Shown here: positions 39,507-50,907 of the stretch, in pieces | Layout of the letters: the number at the start of each line of letters is the position of its first letter | How positions within the stretch are numbered: position 1 is the stretch's first letter | Source: Eledone cirrhosa | Lineage: Eukaryota | DNA: 64,000 bases | Direction: 5' to 3' | Assembly: GCA_964016885.1 (NCBI GenBank) | Contig: OZ024743.1 | Location: 94,426,001-94,490,000, forward strand | The notes under the pieces: model-generated | Told to the model about the DNA's origin: nothing | What the model saw: only the letters and a program-made list of their open reading frames with translations | The model's database searches: none | Program-made: the position numbers and the translations under genes

Positions 39507-42500
39507 ATATATATATATACACCTGCCTCCATATTTTGTTTCAATGATTGTAATGTCTTATATCTCTTTCTTTATCTTACAGAGCATGGAACCAAATGTT
39601 TACGATGCTATCGCCTTCCTCCATACAGGTGCAACTGCCAGAAATGCTCACAATGGTCCTGTATTCCTCACCTGGCACAGAATATATGTGAAAATGTAAA
39701 TAATTCAGTATTTTCCAATTACTTATTTTTTCTACTGTAATATTATGCTAATAACTTTAATATTAGAATTCATAGAATAATGAAAAATAAAACTCATCGC
39801 AAGAATAGCTGTTAACACCAAAATGTCGTTAAATACCATGTTTTAACAGCTACTCTTGCGTTGATTTTTCGCCATTATTCCATGAATATTGATGGCATTT
39901 TGCTGTTTTAACCGTTGTTCTTGTGTGGGACTTGTAGGAGCCCCATATTGACATACAGTGATTCTAGCGCATTTTCTCTAACCTCAGAGAGCCCGTCTCC
40001 ACCCTAGTTCTGAATAAAGCAGATTTCTTCCAGAGAATTCTTCCAGCGATTCTTTCATGAGACATTCTAACCACATGCCTATAGTATCGGAGCTGTGATC
40101 TCTCAATTCGGAGAATTTTATATAAATTTTATTTAAGCCCGTTAGATAAGTTTTGAAACGAATACGATCTTAATAATTAAAATAATTGATAATTTAAATA
40201 GCTCCCTCGTAATATTTCATTTATTAAATATGTCATTAGAAATATGTTAATGTGGTTTTTATTTTTAAATTTCAGGATGGAAGATGCTCTTCGTAGAAAA
40301 GTACCAACTGTAACAATTCCATTTTGGGATCCAACTCTTGATGCTTCTCTTTCTAATCCTCGAGATTCCATTATCTGGTCGGACACATTCATGGGAACAG
40401 TCAATGGATTTGTGAATCGTGGACCGTTTGCTAATTGGACCACACCATCTGGTCATCTAGTAAGGAATGGAGGTTTCAGCACAACTTTGCCAACACATCG
40501 TAATATCGAAGATGTTCTCACTCGAACGAAACTCGAAGAAATATCAGAACCAAACGCACTCGAACGCTATAACTTTGAATTTATGCATAATTCTATGCAC
40601 GTTTCTGTTGGAGGACTTATGGCTATGATTCCAGCGGCACCTATGGATCCTTTCTTCTTTCTACTTCACAGTTATGTAGAACTTGTTCACACACGTTTCA
40701 ATGAAAACCAAAGGAAAAACAACATCGATCCTGCAACAGATTATCCTTCGAATTTTGGTTTAGATATTTATGCTCCCAACCAAAGTATTGGCATTATGAA
40801 TTTAACAGTCGCAGAAGCATTCAAAGTAACTCAAAGTTACACTGGTATTTACAGATATGATTATGATTACTTACTTGGAAATTGTACTTACAATCCAAAT
40901 CTTTGTAATCCTCGATACTTAACATGCGAAAATGGTAGATGTGTAACAAAATCTAAATCAACAACTCGTTGTAATACTCTCATTCCCTATCAAAATATGT
41001 TTTGTATCAACCGTGTGTGTGATTTAAAAGAATGGGCATTTATTCCGATCGAAATAATTTACGAACGACCTTACGAGACGATGAGATTTGGAAATTTCCC
41101 AATCGTAAATGGTCAACCAAACTTATTGAATGATATATACGACAACAGTCTATCCCAAAATTCCTCGTCCAGTAATTCTACTTGTCGGACGAGTAAGTGT
41201 TGTGGACCAGCAGGGAGAGTGAATGTTCAAGCCAGTGGCATCAATTATTTTGGAAATTATGAAGAAATGGTGGTAGTGGACCGTAGATTAGCTGTATCAT
41301 CAGATCTAGCTTATATCGGTATCAGAGACCCCGAAAAAAACTTTAGTTTGGTATTTCTAACAGTTACGGAACAATGTGGAAGAATATGCCGGCCATCTTG
41401 CTTAGTTCCAGGTTCCAACCCACCAAGATACACAGAATGTATAGGACTTTTGAACATAACTCGTAGCGACACTGCCTTCTACGGTAAAACCCTCGCAGAT
41501 ACTTACATGAAGGTCTGGGATTATAACAACCAGATTCGACCGAAACTGAAGCACCAGAATATTCCAATTGTTTTCCACTGTGATGACAGCCGGTGGCCAT
41601 TTACCAGCAGTAATGTGACTACAACAACGACCACACCAGTTCGAACAACAACAACAACCACAACAACAACACCAGTACCGACAACAACAACAACAACAAC
41701 TACTACTACTACAACAAGGTGGACAACACCTACAACAACAACACGTGTGTATTGGCCACAGACAACAAAACCAACACCTAAAAGTAAGTATTAATAGACT
41801 TCATTATTATGTTTGTTCTAAAATAAAGTACCAGTAATGCACTGGGTATTTGCTGGCCTTGTGCCTAAAGTAGAAACAATTATTATGTTTGTTCTTAGAA
41901 CGTCCCTTTACGGTCTGAGTTCAAATCCCGCCGAGGTTCACTTTGCCTTTCATCCTTACGGGGTCGATAAAATAAAGTACCAGTAATGCACTGGGATAAT
42001 TGCTGGCCTTGTCCCTAAAGTAGAAATAATTATTATGTTTGTTCATGGTGGTGGATTGGCAGTATCGGTAGAGGGTCGGACGCCATGTTTTGCAGCAAAA
42101 GTTACGGCCCTTTATGGTCTGAGTTCAAATCCCACCGAGGCTAAGTTTGCCTTTCATCCTTACGGGGTCGATAAAATAAAGTACCAGTCACGCACTTGGG
42201 TCGATTTAATCGACTTTCCCCTCCCCCCAAATTGCTGGATTTGTGCCTATATAAGAAACCATTATTGAACCTAATCTAAGTAACCCTGACTACCAAAGCA
42301 ATTGCTATCTCCATGTTGTATCCGACATCTAGTCACATATTGTGTGTAGGGCTATTCAGTTCCACTCAAACTGATAATCTCATTTGACGCTACAGATGCC
42401 AAACATTTGCTCTATAAATTATTATAAATTCTCTATATATATTTCACATATATATTCCACCTAACCTTTGTTTTTTCTCTATTACAGAATGTTACATCAA

Positions 42501-42687
42501 CAAATATTGTGCCATTGCTAAAGGATGTGATTGTATATCGATGGACAAACAGCCTTGCTTACAAATATGTTCTCATTATGCTATTTGTGCATATGGCAGA
42601 TATATTGTGGCTTCCTGTGGCTATGGTAAAAGGTTTGACCCCACGACAAGAAGATGTATTCCTGGATACTGTCATTATAGATTTTAA
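38146..42687 (+). CDS. Secreted tyrosinase-like type-3 copper oxidase with Thr-rich linker and C-terminal chitin-binding type-2 (CBM14)-like domain; join(38146..38514,39583..39695,40276..41783,42488..42687), 729 aa
   Basis: Signal peptide MNRLYLAFIILLAFVYVKS; RVRKEYRQLS; CuA FLH...AHNGPVFLTWHR; PFWD; CuB HNSMH...DPFFFLLH; all introns GT-AG with phases 0, 2, 1, giving a continuous 2190-nt frame. Confidence 0.92.
39583..39695 (+). CDS. Tyrosinase coding exon 2 (CuA site)
   Basis: TTAC AG| SMEPNVYDAIAFLHTGATARNAHNGPVFLTWHRIYVK AT|GTAAA. Confidence 0.9.
40276..41783 (+). CDS. Tyrosinase coding exon 3 (CuB site, Cys-rich regions, Thr-rich linker)
   Basis: TTTCAG|G acceptor; long open frame; donor A|GTAAGT at 41784. 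Confidence 0.92.
41808..42268 (+). mobile_element. Head-to-tail array of SINE pieces in tyrosinase intron 3
   Basis: AAAATAAAGTACCAGT occurs three times and GAGTTCAAATCCC twice. Confidence 0.8.
42488..42687 (+). CDS. Tyrosinase coding exon 4 (Cys-rich chitin-binding-like module; not in the ORF track)
   Basis: TTACAG| then KCYINKYCAIAKGCDCISMDKQPCLQICSHYAICAYGRYIVASCGYGKRFDPTTRRCIPGYCHYRF*; Cys spacing x13-x5-x9-x12-x4. Confidence 0.85.
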
Positions 42688-42829
42688 CCCAGCAACATTT
42701 TTACTAAGCAACATTCCTAATGAAACTACACATTTGAACGTGTAGTTTCAAAAGACGTTTGAATTGTACTGTTTAAGAGAGAACATCATTTAACAACAGT
42801 CAACGTAAGAATGGATTGCAGGATGGGAA

Positions 42830-42990
42830 GATGTATGGATTGGATGGATGGATGGATGGATGGATGGATGGATGGATGGATGGATGGATGGATGGATGGA
42901 TGGAAAGATGGATGGATGGAAGAAAAGATGGATGGATGGAAGAAAAGATGTATGGATGGAAGGAAAGATGGATGTATGAATGGATGGAAG
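42830..42990 (+). repeat. (GGAT)n microsatellite in the probable 3' UTR; AATAAA at 42998 and 43189
   Basis: Direct reading. Confidence 0.85.
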
Positions 42991-43438
42991 GACAGGTAAT
43001 AAATGATTATATACATGGGGAATGAATGGTGAGAAATATAGAAATATGGAATCCGGTGCTAATTTTCAATAGAATTCTACTATATTAGTTTCTGAACCTG
43101 TTACTATTTTTCAATCAATTATTTATTGATCAGAACATTTAATTATTTTTAATTAAAATAATTCTAATCCAATTTCATTATATTTATCAATAAACACATA
43201 AAATTACTTCCTATTTTTCTTTTATTTTTTCTTTCATGAGAATCAAACTGGAAAATAGTAAACCCTGTTTGGAATCTGGCGGTGATAATTGTCTTCTCTT
43301 GATTCCTAAATACCAATTATTGTAGATCTGTCATATTAGATGAACAACGCCAGATAAGCTGGATCAATGGAACAAAATAAGGATTGATTGTTATAAATAT
43401 CAGTACTTCTTAAAATATGTTACACCTTTCGTATATAC

Positions 43439-43574
<136 letters not shown>

Positions 43575-43578
43575 TAAC

Positions 43579-43647
<69 letters not shown>

Positions 43648-43650
<3 letters not shown>

Positions 43651-44465
43651 CAGGAAGCCCTCAACCAATTCTAGCGGCTACCCGCTTACATTAGTGATCC
43701 CCTCTGGCTTCTCAACATTCTCTACCAGATATTTTGTTTTAGTCTCATTCATTCTCAGCCCCACACTCATCGACACAGTCTCAATCTCCCGCATCAAATC
43801 CTCTGCCTCCTTCACTGTATTTGTCACCAAACCTATGTCGTCGGCAAATTCAGCATCCGATACCTTTTTCGCCCTAACTCTCCTGCTCTGAGCCGGTGCC
43901 ACAGTATTTGGGAGCAAAGATTGGGAATACGGAAGATGATGTGGTTGAGAGGAAGAGCAAGGCCTGGGCGGCGTGCCACAGCTTGAGATCGGTGTGGAAG
44001 TCGGACCTTCGTAGAGACCTGAAAATCCGCCTCTTCATTGCTGTAGTGGAGTCTGTGCTGCTGTATGGGTCTGAGACTTGGACACTGACCAAGAAACTCA
44101 CTCAGATGGTGGATGGGTGCTACACGAGAATGCTGAGGATGGCTCTGAACATTAATCAGTATACACTGAGGATGAAAAACTCAGAGCTGTATGGGAGCAT
44201 CCCAAAAGTCAGCTCAAAAGTGACACAGAGGAGACTGAGGTTAGCTGGACATGCTCACCGACATCCGGAGTTGACATTGCACTCAGTGCTCCTTTGGGAG
44301 CCACTACATGGACACACGAGAAGAGGAAGACCAAGGTTAACGTATGTTGATGCCCTAAGGACAGACACTGGTCTATTGGAGACGCGGGACATGGCAGCGA
44401 TAATGAGGGACAGAGACCGCTGGAGAGAACTCGTCCATGGATCTCGGGAATTTTACCCGCCTTAG

Positions 44466-44492
<27 letters not shown>
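43648..44492 (+). mobile_element. 5'-truncated RTE-like LINE with inverted 5' segment and poly(A) tail, inserted in (TA)n
   Basis: Minus 43648-43903 encodes FADD...[10 protein letters not shown]...VEGFLY; plus 43904-44465 continues YLG...LLYGSETW...RRGRP to a stop followed by about 27 A. Confidence 0.9.
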
Positions 44493-44502
<10 letters not shown>

Positions 44503-44506
<4 letters not shown>

Positions 44507-44690
44507 GTTAAATAAGATAACAAGGACGATTGTATTAACATTACAAGGGGTCTGACGAGCCGCGGATTACAGAGTCAGGTCAGATCGATACAGATCGAAC
44601 CTTGAGCTGGTCAGTGGCGAAACGCGCCTCACCAACCAATAAACGTAATGAAGGAGTAACCAATCGTCCTTGTTATCTTATTTAACTATA
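44503..44690 (+). mobile_element. 188-bp element with perfect 30-bp terminal inverted repeats enclosing a hammerhead (44549-44633)
   Basis: TATAGTTAAATAAGATAACAAGGACGATTG ... CAATCGTCCTTGTTATCTTATTTAACTATA; GGT CTGACGA GCCGC...GTGGC GAAA CGCGCC TC ACC. Confidence 0.75.
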
Positions 44691-45487
44691 ATACACTCTG
44701 TCTAGCTCTACACCTCGATACTGAAGTGAATCTAAACATCGAGTGCTCAACCGGGTGAACCCACAGTAACTCTAAGTTACACTCCCTGGATATATATATA
44801 TACATTCATTGCAGTTTCCAGGTAAATTAGAAGCAGTATTTAACATTTAAACCAAGCTTAAAATTCCTTTTTTTGCTTTTTTAAAAATATAAATAATGCG
44901 TGGGATTTAAAAAAAACAAAACTGGATCTTAATCGTTAATTTGATTTTCGACTGGTTCGTTATTTCTCAAAATAGAAAGTATAGAATGCAGTACATTTTG
45001 TTGGTAGAAGGTTCACTGAACAAATGAATTCGTAGCGAAAATATTAGAAACTGTGGCAATTTTTCTCCCGCCGGTTGTGATAGTTGTTTCTTGATTTCAG
45101 GTTTTTGATTCACAGCAGAGATATACAAAAATTTAGCTCGAAAACGTAAGTCTTAAGGACTGCATATGAAAAGTTTGTAACACAGCATGAAGCTCGTATC
45201 CACTTCATTTGCTTTTGTCGATTCTTTGCATTTCGCCTGAAAATTAAGGGCACACGTGTCTGTGAAATGCTCAGCTACTTGCGCATTAAATTCATGAGAG
45301 GATTATTCCATTGTTCAAACAAAAGGAATACCCATCGTCGTAATCGTCAAAGGTTTACCCACTATCCACTATGCTGGAAAAAATGAGTTTCTATCTGTAA
45401 TTTAAAGGGCCAGCCTTGTCACGCACAGTCTCGCCGACTCTCCTCGAGTACTTCGTTAAGGGTAGATGTATCCCAAACATTTACACT

Positions 45488-45915
45488 ACAATGGTTTTTG
45501 ATTTAGGCACAAGGTCAACAATTTGGGGGGAGAGGAAAGTCGAATAAATCGACCTCAGTTCGTTATGGTACTTTATTCTATCGACCCCATAAGGATGAAA
45601 AGCAAAACTGACCTCAGCGGGATTTGAACATAGAAGGTAAAGGGCCGTAACTATATGCCACAAAGCATGTTGTCTTATGTTCTACCGATACTGACATTCC
45701 ACCCTCTAACCATTGACACTATAATTGTTTCTATTTTTGGCGCAAGGCTAGCAATTACCCTAGTTCATTACTGATGCTTTATTTTATCGATGCCGTAAGC
45801 ATGAAAGACAAAGTTAACCTCGGCGGGATTTGAACTCAGACCGTAAAGGGCCATAACTCCATGTTTCAAAGCATGGCGTCCGACCCTCTACCAATACTGC
45901 CAATCCACCATTTAC
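45488..45915 (-). mobile_element. Two head-to-tail SINE copies
   Basis: GGGATTTGAAC with SINE core at about 45620 and 45825. Confidence 0.8.
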
Positions 45916-46909
45916 ACTATAATAGAAGATGAACTGTATTTCAAAGGACCAGTCTTGTTATATACTGTGTCATGTTATATCTCCTCGAGAACTACGTTAA
46001 GTTACACGTGTCGCCAGAATGCCCTGTCACATGCACTAGAATTTAATGAGCAGGTTGTTCCGTTGATTGAAAACAGCCTGGAAAACTTATCTTCAGAACC
46101 GATGGAGCCCCAACACACCGTTTGAGGCGCTAGCCCTTTATCGGAGAAGAATAGGAGAAAAAATAGAAAAAATAAGAAAAAATTGACGAAAAAGTGAGGA
46201 GAAGAGGACAAAAGGAAGTAGGAACATGAAGTGGAATAACAGGGGGAAAAGAAAAAGATGAGAAAAGTAAAAGAAATGGTGACGGAGGATTGGTGCAGAG
46301 TGAGAACAGTTCAAAATGTTCACCAAGTTGAGGTGCACACTGCATTTGTATGGCGTGGTAATATTTTGGGTGAGACATGCATATATTTTGGTAGGCTGTG
46401 GTTCTTCAGAATAGGCGTATATACCAATAATGATTTCTAGTATATTTTTATGATTTCTAGTATGTATATATCAATAATAATTTTATTTCGTAGCAGTTAT
46501 ATAAACATATAGAACAAGGAATCAGCATTGAAAAGGACTATAAATACTAAAAATGAGAGAAAAAGGAGGGGAAGAGCAAGGACTACTAGACAAATGAAGA
46601 AAGAAAGAGTATATACTATTTTATATACTAGCTTTGTCCGATCATGGCGAGGCGGGTTGTTTTTGTTGGGTGTAGTGATGGAACGGTATGGCATAAAAAA
46701 AAGTTGAAAAACTCTGATATGTTACAGCGTAATCTGAAGATAATCTAGAATGGTGTCCAGGTAAAGCTCCAGAGTCGACGTTAGAGTTCCGGTTTCGATT
46801 TAGGAGGATGTCCACGTAAGAATTTAGTATAAAGTGTGAAGTCAACAAAAATATAAAAATACGTAAAATCAAACACAGGGAACAATATGTATATATCTAT
46901 ATGTATGTG

Positions 46910-46959
<50 letters not shown>

Positions 46960-47097
46960 GTTGAAAATGAATGAACAAAACATAGGGGGCAATTATACAC
47001 AGTTATATTAGGTTCACGCTATATATACATATATATATATTTCGTTTCTGAATTTGTTTAGCAAGATTCTTTATCTGAAAACGTGTGTCGAAACCGA

Positions 47098-47700
47098 TAT
47101 TGTTATACTTTGGGAGGGTCATGTTGCCAATAAGAAACACACGCACCAGTTGCTTTCACTTCAATTTATTATAAATAAAATTTATAAATTTCCGGTTGGT
47201 TGGTTGGTTCCACAACCAGACGATTGTTCATATATTGTCAAAGTTCTTTCGTCACACATTCTGTGACTTCTTCAGTGACTGGGGATTCTTTTCTTTGTTT
47301 TTGTGCCTCTCCTTTGTTCTGTCCTACGCCATCTTGTCTTTGTGTGTGTTGTGTGCTTAGTTTGCGCATGTGTTACATCCGGGTGTCTGTGTGTGTTTAT
47401 ATTTGTTTATTTATTTGTTTATTTACATGTTACTGGTTGGTTGTTTGTTCTATGTGTGTGTGTTTTCATTTTGTCCTTAATTGTAAGTTGTGATGTTGCT
47501 ATTCCATTCATGCTTTCTATTTAATTTTGGTTGGAGTTCATTTATGTTTATTGCCTCTGTGATTTGTCTAAACATTGCGTCTTTTCTGTGTGTAGATTCT
47601 ATTTTTATTTCTATGTTCTTTAATTTACCCTTATGTTCTATTTTAGCATGTTGGTATATATATATATATGTATATATATATATTCACCGTCTTGGGTCCT
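47098..47700 (-). mobile_element. PLE family-B terminus plus body, hammerhead-like core at 47237-47279
   Basis: Minus: GTCA CTGAAGA a GTCACA gaatg TGTGAC GAAA GAAC TT TGAC; homologous to 2919-3190. Confidence 0.6.
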
Positions 47701-47878
47701 ATTCCCCTCTTGGACTCAACTCACCTCCCAAATTTCTCTAATACCCTGTCCATTATCAAACTACTAGATTCCTATCGCTTTCTCTTTGCTCATAGCTTCG
47801 TACTTACATGCACACACACACTCTTTTACTCACATATACACACATATCTCTTCTTAGGTTCGTACGGACCTATAATAA

Positions 47879-48062
<184 letters not shown>

Positions 48063-48278
48063 AATATATATATATATATATATAAATATATATGTGAATA
48101 TATATATATGAAGAATCTTCTGTTATCTTGGCGATTTAATTTTCTTCCTAACGCATTGTTCGGTTTTCAAAATTATTTAAATATATATATATATATATAA
48201 AAATGTATAATGGTAGCTAAGATGCTTCCATGGGTGGTATGCCGGTTGAGCACTCTATGCTTCTACGGAGCAGAGTAT

Positions 48279-48596
48279 TATAGAATGGAAAACGAAAAAT
48301 CAGTGATGCATCGGAACTCAATTTATTGTGCGTTACAATTGTTTCCCCGGCGAACAGCTCGAGGTGCGACCATGTGTGGATCTACCTGACTCTAGTCTCG
48401 CAGGTTCCTCGGACACGTCTATTGATTTCGGATCATAGAAAGAGGATACGATCCGAAATCAATAGACGTGTCCAAGGAACCTGCGAGACTAGAGTCAGGT
48501 AGATCCACACATGGTCGCACCTCGAGCTGTTCGCCGGGGAAACAATTGTAACACACAATAAATTGTGTTCCGATGCATCACTGATTTTTCGTTCTC

Positions 48597-48605
<9 letters not shown>
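48279..48605. repeat. Near-perfect palindrome (156-bp arms, 15-bp spacer), each arm with a hammerhead-like motif
   Basis: 48279-48434 is the reverse complement of 48450-48605 with about 4 mismatches; minus arm GTGT CCGAGGA ... GAAA CAATTG TA ACGC; plus arm core CCAAGGA. Confidence 0.9.
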
Positions 48606-48647
<42 letters not shown>

Positions 48648-48649
48648 TA

Positions 48650-49159
48650 TAGAGAAAATTGAGGTTGGTAATGGCACATGGAATATATAAGAGACAGAAT
48701 ACTTTTTTGTGAAAAATCATAATTTTATAAGGTAAGGAAATAATAAAGGGTATAAAAAATGACCGGTTTCGATGGGTCTGCAAAAGCCATCTTTTCAAAT
48801 GTTGATTAATATTAAGAAAAATTAATAATACGAAGAGTTAAAATTTGAGACTTGAAAATTCAAGTATAAAATTCATTGTGGGATTTCATAGCAGTTTTCA
48901 TCTAGGTAGCAACAACAGGTTGACTGCTGTGTCCCTTTCTGGTAGTGAATGAGAAGTTATTTGGGGTGTGGGTTATTTTATAAAGGTCAGATTTAGCAAT
49001 CACCAACTGGCCAGCTGCTGGTCAGTGAGGGGGTGGAAGCAATATACATACACATATCTTCCTGTGGTGGATAGGAGAGTGGAGCGTGATAGAAAGGGAT
49101 TTAGTGCACTTACACCTATATATACACACATACCTTCATCCACACATACATACATATAC

Positions 49160-49200
<41 letters not shown>

Positions 49201-49263
49201 CACACATACATACACACACACATACATATACATACACACATACACACACACATATATACACAT

Positions 49264-49313
<50 letters not shown>

Positions 49314-50815
49314 CCCCACACATACATACACGCACACACACATATATATATACATACACACATACAAACATACACACACACACACACATATATACACACA
49401 TACACACGCACATATATACACACACACACACACACACGCATATATATATATATATACACATACGCATACATCCAGATACCCACATACATACACACACACA
49501 CACACACACGCACACACAATACATACATCCACATGCACACACATACACACACACACACATATACACATACATACACCCACACACAGAGAAATGGCCTTCA
49601 AATATATATATATATATATACATACAGACACATATATTTTTTCCATAATATAAGAAGTTGGGGCAGTGAAATTAAAATACAAGTCATTCTGATCACATTG
49701 AGTTCTTCATGTAGATTGGGCCCCGCAACTGACAGTGGTGAATTCTGTGTGCGCATATATATATAGATATATGTGTGTGCACGTGCAGGGTTTAACATGG
49801 ATGTGTTGGTCACACAAAGGCATGGTCTGTCAATGAATAAACCTGATGCTACAGAATTGGTCTCTGGTCTTTAATAGTAGTGATTCCGTGCGTATGTGTG
49901 TTTATATTTTATGACAATTCTATTGGGGTGATAACCCGTTTAGTTTTGGTTTAAATTTGTTAAGGAATAGATTTTCTTTGTTTATTCTTTGTTGCTGTGT
50001 GAACGAATCTGAGCACTTGTAGAAGGGGAAGATTTTAAAGTTGGGTAGTGTCATTCCTGCGCAGTTCGCAATATGGCTGCTCAAGGGGATTTTTCTTGTG
50101 TTAGCGTCCCGGATTTGTTGGCGGTGGATGGTCATTCTTTTGCGTAATGAGGTGCCAGTCTGTCCTATGTAGTTGTGTTTGCACCCACCGCAAGTTATTG
50201 CGTAAATCAAGTTCTCCGAGTTGCAGGTGAAATTGTTTTTTACTGTAAATGTTTGGCCATCTTTGAATGTAAATGTTTGTCCTTCAGTGAGGTAGAGGCA
50301 CGTTCCACAGTTTGTTCTACCACATTTGGTAACTGTAGGGTTGAGGATTGGTTTGGGTATATTTGGTCCAGTGAGAATGCGTTTAAGTGATTTGGGTTGT
50401 CTTTTACTTTTAAGGATCTTGTGTGTTTCAAGAATAGACTTCATTTTTACATCTTTAAGTAGGATGGGGAGGTTTTTGTGTAGGTGATCAAACATTTCGG
50501 TATTTCTGGGGTTGAAATATGGATACATATGGCAGGGTGTTGAGTGTGGTTTTCTGTTTTGGATTGTTAAGTAGATGGGGATTTAGGTGTTTTGCCCTGT
50601 CTATTCCATTGTTGATTATTTCAAGTGGAAAGGCTCTTAAGATAAGGGTGTCTTTTAGTTCCTTTAGTCTTTGCTCCCGTTTAGGTGGATCTGATACTAT
50701 GGTACATATACGTTTGGCCAAATTGTAAGGAATGTTAAGTTTTGTATGTTTTGGGTGACTTGATGTGAAAAAGAGGTATTGCTTGGAATCTGTGGGTTTA
50801 TAGAATGTGCCATTA
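48650..50815 (-). mobile_element. 5'-truncated Penelope-like retroelement (RT C-terminus + GIY-YIG endonuclease, one frameshift near 50515) with microsatellite-rich 3' region and terminal hammerhead
   Basis: FYKPTDSKQYLFFTSSHP; CGRTNCGTC; NLIYAITCGGCKHNYIGQTG...RMTIH; stop at 49920. Confidence 0.9.
48756..48803 (-). ncRNA. Minimal hammerhead, U3-A8 core variant
   Basis: Minus: AACAT TTGAAAA GATGG...CCATC GAAA CCGG TC ATTTT; palindromic stem III, GUC triplet, one stem I mismatch. Confidence 0.7.
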
Positions 50816-50872
50816 CCAACCTCAATTTTCTCTATAACCTTCGTTTTGTGTAGAAAATTACACTTTTCATAC

Positions 50873-50907
<35 letters not shown>

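Noticed and set aside
40244-41794. 516-aa ORF as a complete single-exon gene
   Set aside because: It lacks the signal peptide and CuA; splice sites show it is exon 3 of a larger gene.
46720-46860. CTGAAGA and GAAACCGG half-motifs as a hammerhead
   Set aside because: They lie on opposite strands and no UH site or stem I could be assembled.
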